From Patescibacteria group bacterium (GTDB taxonomy: Bacteria; Patescibacteriota; Patescibacteriia; JAXHNJ01): DNA of 64,000 bases. The notes below the pieces were generated by a model. That model was not told the origin of the DNA, searched no databases, and saw only the letters and a program-made list of their open reading frames with translations. Positions 56,496-64,000 of the stretch are shown piece after piece. Where the stretch lies: assembly GCA_041649715.1 (NCBI GenBank), contig JBAZMP010000001.1, positions 210,741-274,740 of the forward strand, written 5' to 3'. Both the position numbers and the translations under genes were made by a program. The number at the start of each line of letters is the position of its first letter. Position 1 is the first letter of the stretch.

Positions 56496-58571
56496 ATGCC
56501 CCGAGAGATTAGTTTAGAAAAAACGAGGAACATCGGCATCATCGCCCATATCGACGCCGGAAAAACCACGGTTTCCGAGCGCATTTTGTATTACACCGGG
56601 AAAAAGCACAAAATCGGCGAAGTGCACGACGGCGCGGCGGAGATGGACTGGATGGAGCAGGAAAAAGAACGGGGCATCACTATCACTTCGGCCGCCACCA
56701 CTTGTTCTTGGAAAGATCACCGCATAAATATTATAGATACGCCTGGCCATATTGATTTTACGGCGGAAGTGCAGCGTTCTTTGCGGGTCTTGGACGGCGG
56801 AGTGGTGGTTTTTGACGGCGTGGCCGGGGTGGAGCCGCAGTCGGAAACCGTCTGGCATCAGGCGGAAAAATTCAAGGTGCCCCTGATCTGTTTTGTCAAT
56901 AAGATGGACCGGATGGGCGCTAATTTTTATTTTGACTTGGATTCCATTCACGAAAGGTTGAGCAAAAATGCCGTGCCGATTCAGCTGCCCATCGGCGCCG
57001 AAAGCAATTTTGCCGGCATTGTTGATTTATTCGAAAGAACAGCGAGAATTTATAAAGATGATATGGGCAAGGAATGGGAGGATACGGAGGTGCCGGCCGA
57101 AATGAAAGAAAAGGTGGAAGAATATCGTCATCAAATGGTCGAGCTGATCTGCGAACAAGATGATAAGCTGCTTCACCAATATCTAGAGGGCAAGGAACCG
57201 ACTGTGGCAGAGATGAAAAAAGTATTGCGCCAGGCGACTATCGCCCATAAGCTTTTTCCCGTATTATGCGGCACGGCCTTAAAAAACAAGGGCGTGCAAT
57301 TTATGCTGGATGCAGTCAATGATTATCTGCCATCGCCCCTGGACGTCCCGGCCGTGGAGGGGTTTGAACCCCGGACGGAAAATAAGATTACCCGTCAGGC
57401 GAGCGACACGGCCCCTTTTGCCGCTCTGGCCTTTAAAGTAGCCACTGATCCGTACGTCGGAACGCTGACTTTTTTTCGGGTTTATTCAGGAATTTTAACC
57501 ACCGGCTCCTATGTTTTGAACGCCCGGACCGAGAAAAAGGAAAGAATCGGACGAGTCGTCCGGCTTCACGCCAATCACCGGGAGGAAGTGAAAGAAGTAT
57601 ACGCCGGCGATATCGCCGCCGCCGTCGGCCTGAAGAATACGACGACCGGCGATACGCTTTGCGATGAAAATGAGCCCATTGTTTTGGAATCAATTAATTT
57701 CCCTGAGCCGGTTATTTCCGTGGCCATTGAGCCGAAGACCAAAGCCGATCAGGAAAAAATGGGCTTTGCCTTGGCCAAATTGATGCAAGAAGACCCGACC
57801 TTTAAGGTCAAATCTGACGAAGAGGTCAGCCAGACGATTATTTCCGGGATGGGCGAGCTGCATCTGGACATATTAGTCGACCGCATGAAACGGGAATTCG
57901 GAGTGGCCGCCAATGTCGGCCAGCCGCAAGTGGCGTATAAAGAGACGATCACCCAAACCGCGGAAGCGGAAGGTAAATATATCAAACAATCCGGCGGCCG
58001 CGGCCAGTACGGCCACTGTTTTCTGCGGGTGGAAAAACAGGAAAGCGGCAAGGGTTTTGAATTTGTTGACGAAGTGAAGGGCGGGGTGATACCCAAGGAG
58101 TACATATTGCCGATTCATAAGGGTGTGAAAGAGGCCATGGATAACGGGGTTTTGGCCGGCTACCCCCTGGTGGATATAAAAGTGACGGTCTATGACGGTA
58201 CTTACCACGAGGTTGATTCAAGCGAGGCGGCTTTTAAGATCGCCGGCTCGATGGCGCTGCAGGCGGCGGTAAAAAGAGCGAAGCCTATCTTGCTTGAACC
58301 GATCATGAAGATTGAGGTGGTGACGCCGGAAAAATTCATGGGCGATGTTATCGGCGACTTGAATTCCAAACGGGCCCATATCAAGAATATGCGCGATCGC
58401 GCCGCCTCGAAGATAATAGACGCGGACGTGCCGTTGGCCGCGATGTTCGGCTATACCACCACTCTGCGTTCAATGACTCAAGGAAGGGCTTCGTCATCCA
58501 TGGAATTTTCTCATTACGCCGGCGTACCGCCCCATATCGCGGAAAGTATAAAGGAGGGAAAGAAAAAATAA
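56496..58571 (+). CDS. fusA: Elongation factor G
   Basis: [30 protein letters not shown]. Confidence 0.98.
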   Translation: MPREISLEKTRNIGIIAHIDAGKTTVSERILYYTGKKHKIGEVHDGAAEMDWMEQEKERGITITSAATTCSWKDHRINIIDTPGHIDFTAEVQRSLRVLDGGVVVFDGVAGVEPQSETVWHQAEKFKVPLICFVNKMDRMGANFYFDLDSIHERLSKNAVPIQLPIGAESNFAGIVDLFERTARIYKDDMGKEWEDTEVPAEMKEKVEEYRHQMVELICEQDDKLLHQYLEGKEPTVAEMKKVLRQATIAHKLFPVLCGTALKNKGVQFMLDAVNDYLPSPLDVPAVEGFEPRTENKITRQASDTAPFAALAFKVATDPYVGTLTFFRVYSGILTTGSYVLNARTEKKERIGRVVRLHANHREEVKEVYAGDIAAAVGLKNTTTGDTLCDENEPIVLESINFPEPVISVAIEPKTKADQEKMGFALAKLMQEDPTFKVKSDEEVSQTIISGMGELHLDILVDRMKREFGVAANVGQPQVAYKETITQTAEAEGKYIKQSGGRGQYGHCFLRVEKQESGKGFEFVDEVKGGVIPKEYILPIHKGVKEAMDNGVLAGYPLVDIKVTVYDGTYHEVDSSEAAFKIAGSMALQAAVKRAKPILLEPIMKIEVVTPEKFMGDVIGDLNSKRAHIKNMRDRAASKIIDADVPLAAMFGYTTTLRSMTQGRASSSMEFSHYAGVPPHIAESIKEGKKK

Positions 58572-59914
58572 TGCCGTATCCGGCTGGTAAAAAAAACACA
58601 AATTTTCTGGCGGGAGTGATCGTTCTAGTTTTCGGCCTGGCGGTTATTATCGTCGGGGGTTTTTTATATTTTAAATTTCACGGGGCTAAAACTCGCGCCG
58701 ACAATGCGCTTCAACCAGCCATTTCATTTTTTGAAAGCGCGGGCAGGGAAGTGACCAGCCAGGCTGAGATAACTTCGCCGATTAAATTGATTTATGCCGA
58801 GCGGATCGTGACCGAAGTGGGGCAGACGGGTGACAATAAATACACCACCAATTATTATCTCACCGATCTTAAGGGCGAAAATAAATATCGGTTTTATCAG
58901 GCCGGTGATTTAACCCTGGAAAGCGCTTATCCTTATATTGACAATTCCCTGATAATCTTAAAAGAGTTTGGTCAAGCGGAGAACCGGGCTCTCGGTTTAG
59001 ACGGTTTGCCTAAGGATGTTTTTTTACCGCCGGTTTATTTCGGCACGGACTTTATTTTATCCGATGATCACAAGAATATCGCTTATTTGGAGAGTAAAAA
59101 GGCGGACAAGGAAGATGTTGCCAGCACAGATTTCAAATACTTGATAAAAATAAAAAATTTAACCGATAATACGGTAAAAGAGTTTGATCCCCTGAAGATA
59201 AAAAATAACGACCAGAGTTTTTCCCAGTATTTTCCGCTGGCTTTCTCGGCGGATCAAAAAATATTATATATTTACGGAACGGACGAAATTTCGGACAACA
59301 TGTGGCAAAATACAACCGGTCTTTACGCCCTTAATATATCTTCCATGGAAAGCGAGGAGGTCTATTATTTTTCGCCGGAAGAAAGCGAAGAAAAGGATCG
59401 TTTTATGCTCCTGGCGGTTTATCCGATCCTTGATCTTGCCCTGGTCAGCCGGGCGCCGCAGATGATCAAAAACGACGAACTGGTTTTTCGCACCCAATTA
59501 CAGACTCTTAATCTTCAAACAAAGAAATTTTCCGATCTCTATATTGATGAAACAGCGGACCATGTGGGTATGGGGGGCAAAATATTGTCTCCCGACGGTC
59601 AAAAACTGATTTTGCTGAAAGACGCTTTTTATGATCAAGGTTTAAGTTATTACGATATCAGCGCCAGAAAAACCTATAAACTGACCGATCAGGGCGAGTT
59701 TATCGCCTGGCTTTCAGATAACGAGACTGTAATATATCAAAAATTATTGAGCAATCAAGAAAATGAGACCATTCTTAGCGAAAAAATCGAATTGCATGCC
59801 CTAAATATCCGTACTAAAGAGGATTACAAGATTTATACCCAGAATGTTCTTTATGAGGGCGCCAGCCTGAACCGAGCGGGCGACACTTATTATTCATGGA
59901 TAGGCAGTCTGTAG
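58571..59914 (+). CDS. Membrane-anchored beta-propeller-like protein
   Basis: N-terminal TM; LSDDHK / FSADQK / LSPDGQ / WLSDN blade motifs; start overlaps the fusA stop. Confidence 0.7.
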   Translation: MPYPAGKKNTNFLAGVIVLVFGLAVIIVGGFLYFKFHGAKTRADNALQPAISFFESAGREVTSQAEITSPIKLIYAERIVTEVGQTGDNKYTTNYYLTDLKGENKYRFYQAGDLTLESAYPYIDNSLIILKEFGQAENRALGLDGLPKDVFLPPVYFGTDFILSDDHKNIAYLESKKADKEDVASTDFKYLIKIKNLTDNTVKEFDPLKIKNNDQSFSQYFPLAFSADQKILYIYGTDEISDNMWQNTTGLYALNISSMESEEVYYFSPEESEEKDRFMLLAVYPILDLALVSRAPQMIKNDELVFRTQLQTLNLQTKKFSDLYIDETADHVGMGGKILSPDGQKLILLKDAFYDQGLSYYDISARKTYKLTDQGEFIAWLSDNETVIYQKLLSNQENETILSEKIELHALNIRTKEDYKIYTQNVLYEGASLNRAGDTYYSWIGSL

Positions 59915-60170
59915 GGGTAAAATTCTCCGCGCCGCCAAGAGATCTTAGCGCAAAAAACTCTTGATTTATGAAAATGATTTTTGGCTAAAAATAGCCATTT
60001 TATTTAGAAAATGATAACCTTGTTGCTCTTTTCCCTTGTCAAAAAATATGTTTATTGCTATAATCAGAGTTGCCTATTTAATTATTTTTTATTAATATTG
60101 TAGGATAAGGATAATTAAAATATCGGCATTTTTTAAAAATTAGCTTACTTTTTAGAAAGGAATAAACAAA

Positions 60171-61355
60171 ATGACGGAAAAATTTGAACGGACTAAACCT
60201 CACGTGAATGTGGGCACCATCGGTCACGTCGACCATGGTAAAACCACCTTAACGGCGGCCATCTTAAAAACCCTGAAAGCCAGAGGTTTTAAGGCCCAGG
60301 ATAAGAGCGTGGATGACATCGATAATGCTCCGGAAGAGAAAGAAAGAGGCTTGACTATCGCCACTTCTCACGAAGAGTACGAGAGCGAAAAAAGGCACTA
60401 TGCGCATATTGATTGTCCGGGTCATGCCGATTATGTCAAGAACATGATCACCGGCGCGGCTCAGATGGACGGGGCAATTTTAGTCGTTAGCGCGGCGGAC
60501 GGTCCGATGCCTCAGACGCGCGAACATATTGTGCTCGCCCGTCAGGTCGGCGTACCGGCCATTGTCGTCTTTTTGAATAAAATAGATCAGGTTGAGGATA
60601 AAGAGCTGATCGATCTGGTGGAAGAGGAAGTGAAAGACCTGCTTAATAAATATGAATTTCCCGGCGACAAAACGCCTTTCATCAAAGGCTCGGCCCTAAA
60701 AGCCCTGGAAGGCGACAAGGCCGCCCAGGATACTATTATGGAACTGGTTAAGACTTTGGATGAATATATTCCCGAACCGAAGCGCGAAGTGGATAAGCCG
60801 TTCTTGATGCCGGTGGAAGATATTTTTTCCATTGAAGGCCGCGGCACTGTGGTCACCGGCAGAATAGAAAGAGGCGTGGTTAAATTAAACGACGAAGTGG
60901 AAATTGTCGGCATGGGACAGACGAAGAAGACAGTTGTGACTGGCATTGAAATGTTCAATAAATCATTGGACGAAGGGATGGCGGGTGATAATGCCGGTGT
61001 TTTGCTGCGGGGGATAAAAAAAGAAGAAGTGCAAAGAGGCCAGGTGGTGGTGAAGCCTGGTTCGGTCACGCCCCATACGGAATTTGATGGCGAGATCTAT
61101 GTTTTGACCAAAGAAGAAGGCGGTCGCCACACCCCGTTTTTCAAGGGTTACAAGCCTCAATTTTACATCCGGACGACCGATGTGACGGGTGAAGTAGAAT
61201 TGCCGGAAAAAACCGAAATGGTCATGCCGGGCGATACCATTAAATTAAAAGTTAAACTGGTGCAGCCGGTCGCGCTGGAAGAAAAACAGCGTTTTGCCAT
61301 CCGTGAAGGCGGTCATACCGTCGGTTCGGGTGTTGTCACTAAGATAATTAAGTAA
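60171..61355 (+). CDS. tuf: Elongation factor Tu
   Basis: [32 protein letters not shown]. Confidence 0.98.
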   Translation: MTEKFERTKPHVNVGTIGHVDHGKTTLTAAILKTLKARGFKAQDKSVDDIDNAPEEKERGLTIATSHEEYESEKRHYAHIDCPGHADYVKNMITGAAQMDGAILVVSAADGPMPQTREHIVLARQVGVPAIVVFLNKIDQVEDKELIDLVEEEVKDLLNKYEFPGDKTPFIKGSALKALEGDKAAQDTIMELVKTLDEYIPEPKREVDKPFLMPVEDIFSIEGRGTVVTGRIERGVVKLNDEVEIVGMGQTKKTVVTGIEMFNKSLDEGMAGDNAGVLLRGIKKEEVQRGQVVVKPGSVTPHTEFDGEIYVLTKEEGGRHTPFFKGYKPQFYIRTTDVTGEVELPEKTEMVMPGDTIKLKVKLVQPVALEEKQRFAIREGGHTVGSGVVTKIIK

Positions 61356-61391
61356 TAACTAAAATATTATAAATTAAATTTCGATCTTTCC

Positions 61392-61754
61392 ATGCCCGTT
61401 AAAAACAATGAAGAAAATGCGCCGGACAAGGGTGGCCATGATGAGGAAGTTCATCAGCGTATCCGTCTGAAAATTCGCGCCTATGACCATAAAATCATTG
61501 ATCAGTCGACCCGTAAGATAATTGACACGGTTTTTCGGTCGGGAGCGAAAGTTCGCGGACCGGTGCCTCTGCCGACCGAAAAGAGCCGCTATACGGTTAA
61601 TCGTTCATCTTTTGTCCACAAGGATTCGCGCGACCAGTATGAAATGCGCATTCATAAGCGTTTGATCGATATTATCGATCCGACGCCGAAAACGGTGGAC
61701 AGTCTGATGAATCTGAATTTGCCGGCGGGAGTGGATGTCGAAATAAAAATGTAA
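61392..61754 (+). CDS. rpsJ: 30S ribosomal protein S10
   Basis: [33 protein letters not shown]. Confidence 0.97.
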   Translation: MPVKNNEENAPDKGGHDEEVHQRIRLKIRAYDHKIIDQSTRKIIDTVFRSGAKVRGPVPLPTEKSRYTVNRSSFVHKDSRDQYEMRIHKRLIDIIDPTPKTVDSLMNLNLPAGVDVEIKM

Positions 61755-61928
61755 TTTACAAGCAAATATTTACGTAAATAGGTTCTGGGGATGATAATAA
61801 AGATTTTGGCCGTTAATCCCCGGATAACGATTTGCGAGACAAGATAAAAAACCGAGAAATCTATGCGGAGTTTATTTTGCTGGCAGTCTCGGTTTTTTGA
61901 TTAATTTATTGGCAAGCATCCAAAAAAG

Positions 61929-62627
61929 ATGAAATTCATACTCGGAAAAAAATTAGCCATGCGTAACTTTTTCAGCCCGACCGGCGAAATGACGGGCGTG
62001 ACCAAGATTCAGGCCGGTCCCTGCTTCGTTACGCAAGTTAAAACAGGCGAGGTGGACGGCTATCAAGCTGTTCAGCTGGGCTTTGAAGAAAAAAAGAGGA
62101 AGGAAAAAAATCCGGTCAAAGGCGATGCCAGGGATCGTAAAACTTGGCGGGCCCTAAGGGAGTTTCGGGTGGAAAAAACGGCTGATTATAAAAAAGGTCA
62201 AACCATGGATGTTTCCCTCTTTTTGCCCCAGGAATTAGTGACTGTTGTTTCTTTTTCCAAGGGAAAGGGATTTCAGGGCGTGATGAGAAGACATCATTTT
62301 CACGGCGCGCCGGCGACCCACGGGACAAAAGATCAGCACCGGATGCCGGGTTCAGCCGGCCCCACTTTTCCCCAGCACGTGATTAAGGGCCGGCGCATGC
62401 CTGGACGGATGGGTTTTGACCAAGTGACGGTCAAAAACTTGGAGATTGTAAAGGTAGAGCCGGAAAAAAACGAGATGTGGGTGAAGGGAGCGGTGCCCGG
62501 GCCATATAAGAGCTTGTTGCTTATTTCGGGAACCGGCGAGAAGGCTAAGGTCAAGCACGTAATAGAGGAAGTCGCGGAAGAGAAAGAAAAGAAAGAAAAA
62601 GGCAAGAAACCGGCAGCCAAAAAATAA
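61929..62627 (+). CDS. rplC: 50S ribosomal protein L3
   Basis: GKKLAM, DGYQAVQLG, SKGKGFQG, KGAVPG. Confidence 0.96.
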   Translation: MKFILGKKLAMRNFFSPTGEMTGVTKIQAGPCFVTQVKTGEVDGYQAVQLGFEEKKRKEKNPVKGDARDRKTWRALREFRVEKTADYKKGQTMDVSLFLPQELVTVVSFSKGKGFQGVMRRHHFHGAPATHGTKDQHRMPGSAGPTFPQHVIKGRRMPGRMGFDQVTVKNLEIVKVEPEKNEMWVKGAVPGPYKSLLLISGTGEKAKVKHVIEEVAEEKEKKEKGKKPAAKK

Positions 62628-62648
62628 TGATAATATCCTAAATACTAT

Positions 62649-63278
62649 ATGTTAAAAATAGAGGTTCTAAATACAGAGGGAAAAAAGGTAGGCGAAGAGA
62701 ATCTTGAAGCGAGGATCTTCGGCGTTAAACCTGACCCGGCTCTGATCGCCCAGGCGGTGCTGACGCATCAGGCCAATGCCCGAAAGTCGCTTGCCCACAC
62801 CAAGACGCGCAGCGAAGTCCGGGGCGGCGGCAGGAAACCTTGGAAGCAAAAAGGGACCGGCCGGGCCAGACAGGGCTCTATTCGTTCTCCTCTCTGGAAG
62901 GGGGGCGGCGTCACTTTCGGCCCCCGGAGCAACCGGAACTATTCCCTGAAAATGAATAAAAAAGCGAAAAGAAAAGCCCTCTTTATGTGTCTGTCGGATA
63001 AGTATAACCAGAAAAGAATAGTGGTTTTGGAAAAATTAAAACTTGAAAAACCCAAGACTAAAGAATTCATCAATATCATTAAAAATCTTCCGCTAAAAAA
63101 TAAGTTTATCATAATTTTGCCGCAAACAGATTTTAATATAATCAGAGCGACTAATAATATCAAAGTAACGCGATGTCTAAGGGCCGACAGCCTCAATATT
63201 TACGATCTTCTCCGTTTTGACCAGGTTTTAATGCCAAAAGAGAGCCTATCGGTCATTAATAAAACTTACTTAAAATAA
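62649..63278 (+). CDS. rplD: 50S ribosomal protein L4
   Basis: TKTRSEVRGGGRKPWKQKGTGRARQGS. Confidence 0.97.
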   Translation: MLKIEVLNTEGKKVGEENLEARIFGVKPDPALIAQAVLTHQANARKSLAHTKTRSEVRGGGRKPWKQKGTGRARQGSIRSPLWKGGGVTFGPRSNRNYSLKMNKKAKRKALFMCLSDKYNQKRIVVLEKLKLEKPKTKEFINIIKNLPLKNKFIIILPQTDFNIIRATNNIKVTRCLRADSLNIYDLLRFDQVLMPKESLSVINKTYLK

Positions 63279-63281
63279 GCT

Positions 63282-63860
63282 ATGGGACTATTTGATAGGT
63301 TTAAAAAAGAAAAAATAACGAGCGGCGCTAAAGTTACAGATGATAAAAAGGAGAAAAACAAGGAGCGGGTGAAAAAGATAAAAGAGCAGGAAAAAGAACG
63401 GAGGAAGAAAGAGGAGGAAGCCAAAAAAAGACAGTTCCAGGCGGTCGGTTCCGCGGCCACGGGAAAAGTAGAGAAAAAATCCGCCGATAACAAGTCTTTG
63501 CGGCCGGAAAGCGAAAAAGGCGCCGGTAAAAAGACGGAAAAGGGCGAAGGTAAAAAAACGGTCAGCAAACTTGACACCAAGCAGGCGCCGCGCATCCTGA
63601 TCAAACCAATAATTTCTGAAAAAGCCACCTCTTTGGGCGTTTACAATCAGTATGTTTTCGCCGTAAGCGCCGCCGCCAATAAAATTGAAGTGAAAAAAGC
63701 GATCAAGAACTTATACGGAATAACGCCTTTTAAGGTAAACATCATCAATATCGGCGGCAAGGCCGTCCGCTATGGCCGAAGTTCCGGCCGGACAAAAAAT
63801 TGGAAAAAGGCCGTGGTCACATTGACGGCCGGGCAGAAGATTGATGTTTACAGCAGCTAA
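63282..63860 (+). CDS. rplW: 50S ribosomal protein L23 with long charged N-terminal extension
   Basis: PIISEKA, YVFAV...[18 protein letters not shown] in the C-terminal half. Confidence 0.93.
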   Translation: MGLFDRFKKEKITSGAKVTDDKKEKNKERVKKIKEQEKERRKKEEEAKKRQFQAVGSAATGKVEKKSADNKSLRPESEKGAGKKTEKGEGKKTVSKLDTKQAPRILIKPIISEKATSLGVYNQYVFAVSAAANKIEVKKAIKNLYGITPFKVNIINIGGKAVRYGRSSGRTKNWKKAVVTLTAGQKIDVYSS

Positions 63861-63889
63861 TTTTTAGACAATATTTTTACGTAAATAAA

Positions 63890-64000
63890 ATGGGGATAAA
63901 ATTATACAAACCAACAACCGCTGGCCGAAGAAAGGGTTCGGTCGTCGATTACAGCGAATTGACCGCCAAAAGGCCGGAAAAATCTTTAGTGAGGATTTGG
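63890..64000 (+). CDS. rplB: 50S ribosomal protein L2 (partial, runs off the window)
   Basis: [14 protein letters not shown]...PEKSL following rplW. Confidence 0.92.
   Translation, partial: MGIKLYKPTTAGRRKGSVVDYSELTAKRPEKSLVRIW

Overview
Bacterial chromosomal window in the standard code. Gene content and style point to Patescibacteria/CPR (inference from the VirB4 cluster, Asn-rich membrane-anchored proteins, repeat-flanked four-helix-bundle gene and short palindromic repeats). Layout: (1) 1-11.2 kb, a PrgI/TraC/VirB4 cluster with no relaxase in the window, two VirB2-like pilin domains fused to different Cys-rich passengers (one an M15 peptidase), a beta-propeller and DsbA, running into radA. 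(2) 11.2-22 kb, a TraR-like gene behind a ~190-nt structured RNA, recG, tRNAs (Arg-GCG, two Ser, a split Ser remnant), comF, clpC, and lemA-htpX split by a four-helix-bundle cassette. (3) 22-45 kb, four secreted fibre/adhesin-like genes, one ending in GGGG-Hint, ahead of a type IV pilus locus with a degenerate PilT. (4) 45-64 kb, ligA, gatCA, ndk, an ABC exporter, tRNA-Pro, rpmB and the str/S10 cluster with two inserted genes. The best candidates for an undescribed system are the pilin-passenger modules of the VirB4 locus, the Hint-armed fibre adhesin, and the structured RNA plus TraR unit. No CRISPR, integrase, transposase or reverse transcriptase was seen. All calls were made by eye, with no database searches.
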